Assembly: GCF_963921235.1 (NCBI RefSeq)
Contig: NC_086108.1
Span: 43,092,001-43,156,000 of the forward strand
DNA length: 64,000 bases
DNA from: Mobula hypostoma
Lineage: Eukaryota
Direction of reading: 5' to 3'
Each line of letters begins with the position of its first letter. The stretch's first letter is position 1. Below are positions 24,001 through 36,500 of the stretch, in pieces. Made by a program: the position numbers and the translations under genes. Below the pieces are notes generated by a model. The model was not told the DNA's origin. It saw only the letters and a list, made by a program, of their open reading frames with translations, and ran no database searches.

Positions 24001-27000
24001 TCGCCTCTAGTCTCCAGCCTCGCCTCAAGTCACCAGCCTCGCCTCGCCTCTAGTCTCCATACTTGCCTCGCCTCACCTCTAGTCTCCAGCCTCGCCTCTA
24101 GTCTCCAGCCTTGCCTCGCCTCTAGTCTCCAGCCTGCAGCCTCGCCTCTAGTCTCCCGCCTCGCCTCGCCTCTAGTCTCCAGCCTCACCTCGCCTCACCT
24201 CTAGTCTCCAGCCTCGCCTCGCCTCTAGTCTCCAGCCTCACCTCGCCTGGCCTCAAGTCTCCAGCCTCGCCTCGCCTCAAGTCTCCAGCCTCACCTCGCC
24301 TCTAGTCTCCAGCCTGCAACTTCGCCTCTAGTCTCGTCTCCTGCCTGCAGCCTCGCCTCTAGTCTCAAGTCTCCAGCCTGCAGTCTCGCCTTTAGTCTCC
24401 AGCCTCGCCTCGCCTCTAGTCTCCAGCCTCGCCTCGCCTCTAGTCTCCAGCCTCGCCTCTAGTCTCCAGCCTCGCCTCGCCTCTAGTCTCCAGCCTCGCC
24501 TCGCCTCAAGTCTCCAGCCTCGCCTCGCCTCTAGTCTCCAGCCTCGCCTCTAGTCTCCAGCCTCGCCTCGCCTCGCCTCTAGTCTCCAGCCTCGCCTCGC
24601 CTCAAGTCTCCAGCCTCGCCTCGCCTCTAGTCTCCAGCCTCGCCTCGCCTTTAGTCTCCAGTCTCCAACCTGCAGCCTTTCCTCTAGTCTCCAGTCTCCA
24701 GCCTGCAGCCTCGCTCCTAGTCTCTAGTCTCGTCTCCATCCTGCAGCCTTGCCTCTAGTCTCTAGTCTCCAGTCTCCATCCTTGCCTCGCCTCGCCTCTA
24801 GTCTCCAGCCTCGCCTCAAGTCACCAGCCTCGCCTCGCCTCTAGTCTCCATACTTGCCTCGCCTCACCTCTAGTCTCCAGCCTCGCCTCTAGTCTCCAGC
24901 CTTGCCTCGCCTCTAGTCTCCAGCCTGCAGCCTCGCCTCTAGTCTCCCGCCTCGCCTCGCCTCTAGTCTCCAGCCTCACCTCGCCTCACCTCTAGTCTCC
25001 AGCCTCGCCTCGCCTCTAGTCTCCAGCCTCACCTCGCCTGGCCTCAAGTCTCCAGCCTCGCCTCGCCTCAAGTCTCCAGCCTCACCTCGCCTCTAGTCTC
25101 CAGCCTGCAACTTCGCCTCTAGTCTCGTCTCCTGCCTGCAGCCTCGCCTCTAGTCTCAAGTCTCCAGCCTGCAGTCTCGCCTTTAGTCTCCAGCCTCGCC
25201 TCGCCTCTAGTCTCCAGCCTCGCCTCACCTCAAGTCTCCAGCCTCGCCTCGCTTCTAGTCACCAGTCTCCAGCCTGCAGCCTCGCCTCTAGTCTCCAGCC
25301 TCGCCTCACCTCGCCTCAAGTCTCCAGCCTCGCCTCGCCTTTAGTCTGCAGTCTCCAGCCTCGCCTCAAGTCTCAAGTCTCCAGCCTGCAGCCCCGCCTC
25401 TAGTCTCTAGTCTCGTCTCCAGCCTGCAGCCTTGCCTCTAGTCTCTAGTCTCCAGTCTCCAGCCTCGCCTCGCCTCTAGTCTCCAGCCTCGCCTCTAGTC
25501 TCCAGCCTTGCCTCGCCTCTAGTCTCCAGCCTGCAGCCTCGCCTCTAGTCTCCAGCCTGCAGCCTCGCCTCTAGTCTCCAGCCTGTAGCCTCGCCTCTAG
25601 TCTCCAGCCTCGCCTCGCCTCTAGTCTCCAGCCTCGCCTCGCCTCTAGCTCCAGCCTCGCCTCGCCTCTCAAGTCTCCAGCCTCGCCTCGCCTCTAGTCT
25701 CCAGCCTCGCCTCGCCTTTAGTCTCCAGTCTCCAGCCTCGCCTCTAGTCTCAAGTCTCCAGCCTGCAGCCTCGCCTCTAGTCTCAAGTCTCCAGTCTCCA
25801 GCCTCTGCAGCCTTCCCTCTAGTCTCCATCCTTGCCTCGCCTCGCCTCTAGTCTCCAGCCTCGCCTCAAGTCTCCAGCCTCGCCTCGCCTCGTCTCCATC
25901 CTTGCCTCGCCTCACCTCTAGTCTCCAGCCTCGCCTCGTCTCCAGCCTCGCCTCGCCTCTAGTCTCCAGCCTCGCCTCGCCTCTAGTCTCCTGCCTCGCC
26001 TCGCCTCAACTCTCCTGCCTCGCCTCGCCTCAAGTCTCCAGCCTCGCCTCGCCTCGTCTCCAGCCTCGCCTCGACTAGTCTCCAGCCTCGCCTCGCCTCA
26101 AGACTCCAGCCTCGCCTTGCCTCAACTCTCCTGCCTCGCCTCGCCTCAAGTCTCCAGCCTCCAGCCTTGCCTCAAGTCTCCAGCCTGCAGCCTCGACTCT
26201 AGTCTCCAGCCTGCAGCCTCGCCTCAAGTCTCCAGCCTCGCCTCGACTCGCCTCGTCTCCAGCCTCGCCTCGCCTCAAGTCTCCAGCCTCGCCTCGCCTT
26301 GCCTCAATTCTCCAGCCTCACCTCACCTCATCTCCAGCCTCGCCTCGCCTCATCTTCAGCTTCGCCTCGCTTTTAGTCACCAGTCTATAGACGCCTGCAG
26401 CGTCGCCTCTAGTCTCCAGTTTCCAGCCTGCAGCCCCGCCTCTAGTCTCAAGTCTCCAGCCTGCAGCCTCGCCTCTAGTCTCCAGCCTCGCCTCGCTCTC
26501 AAGTCTCCAGCCTCACCTCGCCTCTAGTCTCCAGCCTCGCCTCATCTTCAGCTTCGCCTCGCTTTTAGTCACCAGTCTCCAGCCTGCAGCGTCGCCTCCA
26601 GTCTCCAGCCTGCAGCCTCGCCTCTATAGTCTCTCAGCCTCGCCTCGCCTCAAGTCTCCAGCCTCGCCTCGCCTTTAGTCTGCAGTCTCCAGCCTCGCCT
26701 CAAGTCTCAAGTCTCCAGCCTGCAGCCCCGCCTCTAGTCTCAAGTCTCCAGTATCAAGCCTGCAGTGTCGCCTCTAGTCTCCAGCCTCGCCTCGCCTCTA
26801 GTCTCCAGCCTCGCCTCGCCTCAAGTCTCCAGCCTCGCCTCTAGTCTCCAGCCTCGCCTCGCCTCAAGTCTCCCGCCTCGCCTCAAGTCTCCAGCCTCGC
26901 CTCGCCTCTAGTCTCCAGCCTCGCCTCGCCTTTAGTCTCCAGTCTCCAGCCTGCAGCCTCGCCTCTAGTCTCAAGTCTCCAGCCTGCAGCCTCGCTCCTA

Positions 27001-30000
27001 GTCTCTAGTCTCGTCTCCAGCCTGCAGCCTTGCCTCTAGTCTCTAGTCTCCAGTCTCCATCCTTGCCTCGCCTCGCCTCTAGTCTCCAGCCTCGCCTCGC
27101 CTCTAGTCTCCATCCTTGCCTCGCCTCACCTCTAGTCTCCAGCCTCGCCTCTAGTCTCCAGCCTCGCCTCGTCTCCAGCCTCGCCACGCCTCTAGCCTCT
27201 AGTCTCCAGCCTTGCCTCGCCTCTAGTCTCCAGCCTGCAGCCTCGCCTCTAGTCTCCAGCCTCGCCTCGCCTCAAGTCTCCAGCCTCGCCTCGCCTCTAG
27301 TCTCCAGCCTCACCTCGCCTCGCCTCTAGTCTCCAGCCTCGCCTCGCCTCTAGTCTCCAGCCTCGCCTCGCCTCTAGTCTCCAGCCTCGCCTCGCCTCTA
27401 GTCTCCAGCCTTGCCTCGCCTCTAGTCTCCAGCCTGCAGCCTCGCCTCTAGTCTTCAGCCTTGCCTCACCTCTAGTCTCCAGCCTGCAGCCTCGTCTCTA
27501 GTCTCCAGCCTCGCCTCGCCTCTAGTCTCCAGCCTCACCTCACCTGGCCTCTAGTCTCCAGCCTCGCCTCGCCTCAAGTCTCCAGCCTCGCCTCGCCTCT
27601 AGTCTCCAGCCTGCAACTTCGCCTCTAGTCTCGTCTCCTGCCTGCAGCCTCGCCTCTAGTCTCAAGTCTCCAGCCTGCAGTCTCGCCTTTAGTCTCCAGC
27701 CTCGCCTCGCCTCGCCTTTAGTCTCCAGCCTCGCCTCACCTCAAGTCTCCAGCCTCGCCTCAAGTCTCCAGCCTCGCCTCGCTTCTAGTCACCAGTCTCC
27801 AGCCTGCAGCCCCGCCTCTAGTCTCTAGTCTCGTCTCCAGCCTGCAGCCTTGCCTCTAGTCTCTAGTCTCAAGTCTCCAGCCTGCAGCCCCGCCTCTAGT
27901 CTCTAGTCTCGTCTCCAGCCTGCAGCCTTGCCTCTAGTCTCCAGTCTCCAGCCTCGCCTCGCCTCTAGTCTCCAGCCTCGCCTCGCCTCTAGTCTCCAGC
28001 CTCGCCTCTAGTCTCCAGCCTCGCCTCGCCTCTAGTCTCCAGCCTGCAGCCTCGCCTCTAGTCTCCAGCCTGTAGCCTCGCCTCTAGTCTCCAGCCTCAC
28101 CTCGCCTCTAGTCTCCAGCCTCGCCTCGCCTCTAGTCTCCAACCTCGCCTCGCCTCTAGTCTCCAGCCTCGCCTCGCCTCTAGTCTCCAGCCTCGCCTCG
28201 CCTCTAGTCTCCAGCCTCGCCTCGCCTCTAGTCTCCAGCCTTGCCTCGCCTCTAGTCTCCAGCCTGCAGCCTCGCCTCTAGTCTCAGCCTGCCTCCCTCC
28301 AGTCTCCAGCCTGCAGCCTCGCCTCTAGTCTCCAGCCTCGCCTCGCCTCTAGTCTCCAGCCTCACCTCGCCTCGCCTCAAGTCTCCAGCCTCGCCTCGCC
28401 TCAAGTCTCCAGCCTCGCCTCGCCTCTAGTCTCCAGCCTGCAACTTCGCCTCTAGTCTCGTCTCCTGCCTGCAGCCTCGCCTCTAGTCTCAAGTCTCCAG
28501 CCTGCAGTCTCGCCTTTAGTCTCCAGCCTCGCCTCGCCTTTAGTCTCCAGCCTCGCCTCACCTCAAGTCTCCAGCCTCGCCTCAAGTCTCCAGCCTCGCC
28601 TCGCCTCTAGCCTCCAGTCTCCAGCCTGCAGCCTCGCCTCTAGTCTCCATCCTTGCCTCGCCTCTAGTCTCCAGCCTCGCCTCAAGTCTCCAGCCTCGCC
28701 TCTAGCCTCTAGTCTCCAGCCTTGCCTCGCCTCTAGTCTCCAGCCTGCAGCCTCGCCTCGCCTCTAGTCTCCAGCCTCGCCTCAAGTCTCCAGCCTCGCC
28801 TCGCCTCTAGTCTCCAGCCTCGCCTCTAGTCTCCAGCCTTGCCTCGCCTCTAGTCTCCAGCCTGCAGCCTCGCCTCTAGTCTCCAGCCTAGCCTCGCCTC
28901 TAGTCTCCAGCCTGCAGCCTCGCCTCTAGTCTCCAGCCTCGCCTCGCCTCAAGTCTCCAGCCTCGCCTCGCCTCTAGTCTCCAGCCTCGCCTCGCCTTTA
29001 GTCTCCAGTCTCCAGCCTGCAGCCTCGCCTCTAGTCTCCAGTCTCCAGCCTGCAGCCTCGCCTCTAGTCTCGTCTCCAGTCTCCAGCCTGCAGCCCCGCC
29101 TCTAGTCTCCAGCCTTGCCTCGCCTCGCCTCTAGTCTCCAGCCTCGCCTCAAGTCTCCAGCCTCGCCTCGCCTCCAGTCTCTTGCCTCGCCTCACCTCTA
29201 GTCTCCAGCCTCGCCTCGCCTCTAGCCTCTAGTCTCCAGCCTTGCATCGCCTCTAGTCTCCAGCCTGCAGCCTCGCCTCTAGTCTCCAGCCTCGCCTCGC
29301 CTCTAGTCTCCAGCCTCGCCTCTACCTCAACTCTCCAGCCTCGCCTCGCCTCAAGTCTCCAGCCTCGCCTTGCATCGCCTCAAGTCTCTAGCCTCGCCTC
29401 GCCTCGCCTCAAGTCTCCAGCCTCGAATCGCCTCAAGTCTCCAGCCTCGCCTCGCCTCGCCTCTAGTCTCCAGCCTCGTCTCGCCTCTAGTCTCCAGCCT
29501 CGCCTCAAGTCTCCAGCCTCGCCTCGCCTCGCCTCAAGTCTCCAGCCTCGAATCGCCTCAAGTCTCCAGCCTCGCCTCACCTCTCCTCCAGTCTCCAGCC
29601 TCGCCTCGCCTCTAGTCTCCAGCCTGCAGCCTCGCCTCAAGTCTCCAGCCTCGCCTCGACTCGCCTCGTCTCCAGCCTCGCCTTGCCTCGTCTCCAGCCT
29701 CGCCTCGCCTCAAGTCTCCAGCCTCGCCTCGCCTCAAGTCTCCAGCCTCGCCTCAAGTCTCCAGCCTCGCCTCGCCTCATCTTCAGCATCGCCTCGCTTT
29801 TAGTCACCAGTCTCCAGTCTGCAGCGTCGCCTCTAGTCTCGTCTCCAGCCTGCAGCCTCGCCTCTAGTCTCCAGCCTCGCCTCGCCTCAAGTCTCCAGCC
29901 TCGCCTCGCCTGAAGTCTCCAGCCTCGCCTCGCCTCTAGTCTCCAGCCTGCAGCCTCGCCTCGTCTCCAGCCTCGCCTCGCCTCAAGTCTCCAGCCTCGC

Positions 30001-30500
30001 TTGCATCGCCTCATCTTCAGCTTCGCCTCGCTTTTAGTCACCAGTCTCCAGCCTGCAATCGCCTCAAGTCTCCAGCCTCAGCCTCAGCCTCGCCTCTAGT
30101 CTCCAGCCTCGCCTCGCCTCTAGTCTCCAGCCTCGCCTCAAGCCTCCAGCCTCAGCCTCGCCTCGCCTCAAGTCTCCAGCCTCGCCTCGCCTCAAGTCTC
30201 CAGCCTCGCCTCACCTCTCCTCCAGTCTCCAGCCTCGCCTCGCCTCTAGTCTCCAGCCTCGCCTCGCCTCAAGTCTCCAACCTCGCCTCGCCTGAAGTCT
30301 CCAGCCTCGCCTCGCCTCAAGTCTCCAGCCTCGCCTCGCCTCTAGTCTCCAGCCTCGCCTCGCCTCAAGTCTCCAGCCTCGCCTCGCCTCAAGTCTCCAG
30401 CCTCGCCTCGCCTCATCTTCAGCTTCGCCTCGCTTTTAGTTACCAGTCTCCAGACGCCTGCAGCGTCGCCTCTAGTCTCCAGTTTCCAGCCTGCAGCCCC
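1..30500 (+). repeat. Satellite domain I (variant family 1)
   Basis: Diagnostic variants CTGCAACTTCGCCTCTAGTCTCGTCTCCTGCC (~284 to ~28440), TCTCCATCCTTG (last ~28645) and CTCATCTTCAGC..GCTTTTAGT (last ~30415) recur here and were not seen in 33.6-57.9 kb. Boundary approximate. Confidence 0.8.
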
Positions 30501-33500
30501 GCCTCTAGTCACAAGTCTCCAGCCTGCAGCCTCGCCTCTAGTCTCCAGCCTCTCCTCGCCTCACCTCAAGTCTCCAGCCTCGCCTCGCCTCTAGTCTCCA
30601 GCCTCGCCTCACCTCAAATCTCCAGACTCGCTTCGCCTCGCCTCTAGTCTCCAGCCTTGCCTCGCCTCTAGTCTCCAGCCTCGCCTCGCCTCAAGTGTCC
30701 AGCCTCGCCTCAAGTCTCCAGCCTCGCCTCGCCTCGTCTCCAGCCTCGCCTCGCCTCGCTTCTAGTCACCACTCTCCAGCCTGCAGCCTCGCATCTAGTC
30801 TCCATGCTCCAGCCTCCCTCTCTCCTCACCTCGCCTCGCCTCTAGTCTCCAGCCTCACCTCGCCTCGCCTCTAGTCTCCAGCCTCGCTTCGCCTCTAGTC
30901 TCCAGCCTCGCCTCGCCTCTCCTCAAGTCTCCAGCCTCGCCTCGCCTCCAGTCTCCAGCCTCGCCTCGCCTCTCCTCAAGTCTCCAGCCTGCAGCCCCGC
31001 CTCTAGTCTCCAGCCTTGCCTCGCCTCGCCTCTAGTCTCCAGCCTCGCCTCGCCTCAAGTCTCCAGCCACACCTCAAGTCTCCAGCCTCGCCTCGCCTCG
31101 CCTCAAGTCTCCAGCCACACCTCAAGTCTCCAGCCTGCAGCGTCGCCTCTAGTCTCCAGTCTCCAGCCTCGCCTCGCCTCAAGTCGCCAGCCTCGCCTCG
31201 CCTCAAGTCTCCAGCCTCGCCTCGCCTCTAGTCTCCAGCCTCTCCTCGCCTCGCCTCGTCTCCAGCCTCGCCTCGCCTCTAAAGTCTCCAAGTCTCGCCT
31301 CCCTCGCCTCGCCTCGTCTCCAGCCTCGCCTCGCCCAGTCTCCAGCCTCGCCTCGCCTCTAGTCTCCAGCCTCTCCTCGCCTCGCCTCCAGCCTGCAGCC
31401 TCGCCTCTAGTCTCCAGCCTCGCCTCGCCTCAAGTCGCCAGCCTGCAGCCTCGCCTCAAGTCTACAGCCTCGCCTTTCCTCACCTCTAGTCTAAAGCCTC
31501 GCCTCGCCTCTAGTCTCCAGCCTCGCCTCGCCTTTAGTCTCCAGCCTCGCCTCACCTCAAGTCTCCAGCCTCACCTCGCCTCGTCTCCAGCCTCGCCTCG
31601 CTTCTATTCACCAGTCTCCAGCCTGCAGTGTCGCCTCTAGTCTGCAGCCTCGCCTCGCCTCGCCTCAAGTCTCCAGCCTCGCCTCAAGTCTCCAGCCTCG
31701 CCTCAAGTCTCCAGCCTCGCCTCGCCTTTAGTCTCCAGTCTCCAGCCTGCAGCCCCGCCTCTAGTCTCCAGCCTTGCCTCGCCTCGCCTCTAGTCTCCAG
31801 CCTCAGCCTCGCCTCAAGTCTCCAGCCACACCTCAAGTCTCCAGCCTCGCCTCGCCTCGCCTCAAGTCTCCAGCCTCGCCTCAAGTCTCCAGCCTCGCCT
31901 CGCCTCTAGTCTCCAGCCTCGCCTCGCCTCGCCTCAAGTCTCCAGCCTCGCCTCGCCTCAAGTCTCCAGCCTCGCCTCGCCTCTAGTCTCCAGCCTGCAG
32001 CCTCGCCTCTAGTCTCCAGCCTCTCCTCGCCTCGCCTCGTCTCCAGCCTCGCCTCGCCTCGCCTAAAGTCTCCAGCCTCGCCTCGCCTCAAGTCTCCAGC
32101 CTCGCCTCGCCTCGCCTCTAGTCTCCAGCCTCGCCTCGCCTCTAGTCTCCAGCCTCGCCTCGCCTCTAGTCGCCAGCCTGCAGCCTCGCCTCTAGTCTCC
32201 AGCCTGCAGCCTCGCCTCTAGTCTAAAGCCTCGCCTCGCCTCTAGTCTCCAGCCTCGCCTCGCCTTTAGTCTCCAGCCTCGCCTCACCTCAAGTCTCCAG
32301 CCTCACCTCGCCTCGTCTCCAGCCTCGCCTCGCTTCTATTCACCAGTCTCCAGCCTGCAGTGTCGCCTCTAGTCTGCAGCCTCGCCTCGCCTCGCCTCAA
32401 GTCTCCAGCCTCGCCTCAAGTCTCCAGCCTCGCCTCAAGTCTCCAGCCTCGCCTCGCCTTTAGTCTCCAGTCTCCAGCCTCGCCTCAAGTGTCAAGTCTC
32501 CAGCCTGCAGCCCCGCCTCTGGTCTCAAGTCTCCAGTATCCAGCCTGCAGCGTCGCTTCCAGACTCCAGCCACGCCTCGCCTCGCCTCCAGCCTCGCCTC
32601 TAGTCTCCAGCCTCGCCTCGTCTCCAGCCTCGCCTCGCCTCCCCAGTCTCCAGCCTGCAGCCTCGCCTCAAGTGTCCAGCCTCGCCTCGCCTCAAGTCTC
32701 CAGCCTCGCCTCGCCTCAAGTGTCCAGCCTCGCCTCGCCTCGTCTCCAGCCTCGCCTCGCCTCGCTTCTAGTCACCAGTCTCCAGCCTGCAGCCATGCCT
32801 CAAGTCTCCAGCCTCGCCTCTAGTCTCCAGCCTCGCCTCACCTTTAGTCTCCAGTCTCCAGCCTGCAGCCCCGCCTCTAGTCTCCAGCCTTGCCTCGCCT
32901 CGCCTCTAGTCTCTAGCCTCGCCTCGCCTCAAGTCTCCAGCCTCGCCTCGCCTCTAGTCTCCAGCCTCACCTCGCCTCGCCTCTAGTCTCCAGCCTTGCC
33001 TCGCCTCGTCTCCAGCCTCACCTCGCCTCACCTTAAGTCTCCAGCCTCGCCTTGCCTCAACTCTCCAGCCTCGCCTCGCCTCAAGTCTCCAGCCTCACGT
33101 CGTCCGAAGTCTCCAGCCTCGCCTCGCCTCTAGTCTCCAGGCTGCAGCCTCGCCTCTAGTCTCCAGTCTCCAGCCTGCAGCCTCGCCTCTGGTCTCGTCT
33201 CCAGCCTGCAGCCTCGCCTCGCCTCAAGTCTCCAGCCTCGCCTCGCCTCAAGTCTCCAGCCTCGCCTCACCTCGCCTCTAGTCTCCAGCCTGCAGCCCCG
33301 CCTCCAGTCTCCAGCCTTGCCTCGCCTCGCCTCTGGTCTCCAGCCTCGCCTCGCCTCAAGTCTCCAGTCTCACCTCGCCTGAAGTCTCCAGCCTCGCCTC
33401 GCCTCTAGTCTCCAGCCTGCAGCCTCGCCTCTAGTCTCCAGTCTCCAGCCTGCAGCCTCGCCTGTGGTCTCCAGTCTCCAGCCTCGCCTCGCCTCCCCTC

Positions 33501-33599
33501 TAGTCTCCAGCATCGCCTCGCCTCGCCTCTAGTCTCCAGCCTCGCCTCGCCTCTAGTGTCCAGCATCGCCTCGCCTCACCTCTAGTCTCCAGCCTCGCC

Positions 33600-36500
33600 T
33601 CGCCTCGCCTCAAGTCTCCAGCCTCGCCTCGCCTCACCTCAAGTCTCCAGCCTTGCCTCGCCTCAAGTCTCCAGCCTTGCCTGCCCTCAAGTCTCCAGCC
33701 TCGCCTCGCCTCAAGTCTCCAGCCTCGCCTCGCCTCAAGTCTCCATCCTCACCTCGCCTCAAGTCTCCAGAATCACCTCAAGTCTCCAACCTCGCCTCGC
33801 CTCGTATCCAGCCTCGCCTCACTTCTAGTCACCAGTCTCCAGCCTGCAGCGTCGCCTCTACTCTCCAGTCTCCAGCCTGCAGCCACGCCTCCAGTCTCAA
33901 GTCTCCAGCCTGCAGCCTCGCCTCTAGTCTCCAGCCTCGGCTCGCCTCAAGTCGCCAGCCTCGCCTTGCCTCAAATCTCCAGCCTCGCCTCGCCTCTAGT
34001 CTCCAGCCTCTCCTCGCCTCGCCTCGTCTCCAGCCTCGACTCGCCTCGCCTAAAGTCTCCAGCCTCGCCTCAAGTCTCCAGCCTCGCCTCGCCTCACCTC
34101 TAGTCTCCAGCCTGGCCACACCTCTAGTCTCCAGCCTCGCCTTACCTCCAGTCTCCAGCCTGCAGCCTCGCCTCAAGTCTCCAGCCTCGCCTCGCCTCGC
34201 CTCTAGTCTCCAGCCTCGCCTCGCCTCAAGTCTCCAAACTCGCCTCGCCTCAAGTCTCCAGCCTCGCCTCGCCTCAAGTCTCCAGGCTCGCCTCGCCTCG
34301 CGTCTCCAGCCTTGCCTCGCCTCTAGTCTCCAGCCTGCAGCTTCGCCTCTAGTCTCAAGTCTCCAGCCTGCAGCCTCGCCTTTAGTCTCCAGCCTCGCCT
34401 CGCGTCTCCAGCCTCGCCTCACCTCAAGTCTCCAGCCTCACCTCGCTTCGTCTCCAGCCTCGCCTCGCTTCTAGTCACCAGTCTCCAGCCTGCAGCGTCG
34501 CCTCCAGTCTCCAGCCTGCAGACTCGCCTCTAGTCTGCAGCCTCGCCTTGCCTCGCCTCAAGTCTCCAGCCTCGCCTCGTTTCAAGTCTCCAGCCTCGCC
34601 TCGCCTTTAGTCTCCAGTCTCCAGCCTCGCCTCAATTCTCAAGTCTCCAGCCTGCAGCCCCGCCTCTACTCTCAAGTCTCCAGTATCCAGCCTGCAGCTC
34701 GCCTCTAGACTCCAGCCATGCCTCGCCTCTAGTCTCCAGCCTCGCCTCAAGTCTCCAGCCTCGCCTCGCCTCGTCTCCAGCCTCGCCTCGCCTCGTCTCC
34801 AGCCTCGCCTCGCCTCAAGTCTCCAGCCTCGCCTCGCTTCTAGTCACCAGTCTCCAGCCTGCAGCCTCGCCTCTCATCTCCATGCTCCAGCCTACAGCCT
34901 CGCCTCTAGTCTCAAGTCTCCAGTCTCCAGCCTACAGCCCCGCCTCTAGTCTCCAGCCTTGCCTCGCCTCGCCTCTAGACTCCAGCCTCGCCTCGCCTCT
35001 CCTCAAGTCTCCAGCCTCGCCTTGCCTCAAGTCTCCAGCCTCGCCTTGCCTCAAGTCTCCAGCCTCGCCTTGCCTCTAGTCTCCAGCATCGCCTCGCCTC
35101 AAGTCTCCAGCCTCGCTTCACCTCAACTCTCGTCTCCAGCCTCGCCTCACCTTTAGTCTCCAGTCTCCAGCCTGCAACCCCGCCTCAAGTCTCCAGCCTT
35201 GCCTCGCCTCTAGTCTCCAGCCTCGCCTCGCCTCCAGTCTCCAGCCGCGCCTCTAGTCTCCAGCCTCACCTCGCCTCACCTCAACTCTCCAGCATCGCCT
35301 CGCCTCAAGTCTCCAGCCTCGCCTCGCCTCTAGTCTCCAGCCTCGCCTCGTCTCCAGCCTCGTCTCGCCTCAAGTCTCCAGCCTCGCCTCAAGTCTGCAG
35401 CCTCGCCTCAAGTCTCCAGTCTCCAGCCTCGCCTCTAGTCTCCAGTCTCCAGCCTGCAGCCCCGCCTCTAGTCTCCAGTCTCCAGCCTGCAGCCCCGCCT
35501 CTAGTCTCCAGCCTCGCCTCGCCTCTAGTCTCCAGCCTCGCCTCGCCTCGTCTCCAGCCTCGCCTCAAATCTCCAGCCTCGCCTCGCCTCAAGTCTTCAG
35601 CCTCGCCTCTAGTCTCCAGGCTCGCCTTGCCTTTAGTCTCCAGTCTCCAGCCTCGCCTCAAGTCTCAAGTCTCCAGCCTGCAGCCCTGCCTCTAGTCTCC
35701 AGCCACGCCTCGCCTCGCCTCTAGTCTCCAGCCTCGCCTCGCCTCGTCTCCAGCCTCGCCTCAAGTCTCCAGCCTCGCCTCGCCTCAAGTCTCCAGCCTC
35801 GCCTCGCCTCTAGTCTCCAGCCTCGGCTCGCCTCAAGACTCCAGCCTTGCCTCGCCTCAAGTCTCCAGCCTCGCCTCACCTCAAGTCTCCAGCCTCGCCT
35901 CGCCTCGTATCCAGCCTCGCCTCGCTTCTAGTCACCAGTCTCCAGCCTGCAGCGTTGCCTCTAGTCTCCAGTCTCCAGCCTGCAGCCAGACCTCCAGTCT
36001 CAAGTCTCCAGCCTGCAGCCTCGCCTCTAGTCTCCAGCCTCGCCTCGCCTCGCCTCAAGTCGCCAGCCTCGCCTCACCTCAAATCTCCAGCCTCGCCTAG
36101 CCTCTAGTCTCCAGCCTCACCTTGCCTCGTCCCCAGCCTCGCCTCGCCTCAAGTCTCCAGCCTCTGCTCGCCTCGCCTCTAGTCTCCAGCCTCGCCTTAC
36201 CTCCAGTCTCCAGCCTCGCCTCAAGTCTCCAGCCTCTGCTCGCCTCGCCTCTAGTCTCCAGCCTCGCCTCGCCTCGCCTCTAGACTCCAGCCTCGCCTCG
36301 CCTCTCCTCAAGTCTCCAGCCTCGCCTCGCCTCTAGTCTCCAGCATCGCCTCGCCTCGCCTCAAGTCTCCAGCCTCGCTTCACCTCAACTCTCGTCTCCA
36401 GCCTTGCCTCACCTTTAGTCTCCAGTCTCCAGCCTGCAACCCCGCCTCAAGTCTCCAGCCTTGCCTCGCTTCTAGTCTCCAGCCTCGCCTCGCCTCCAGT

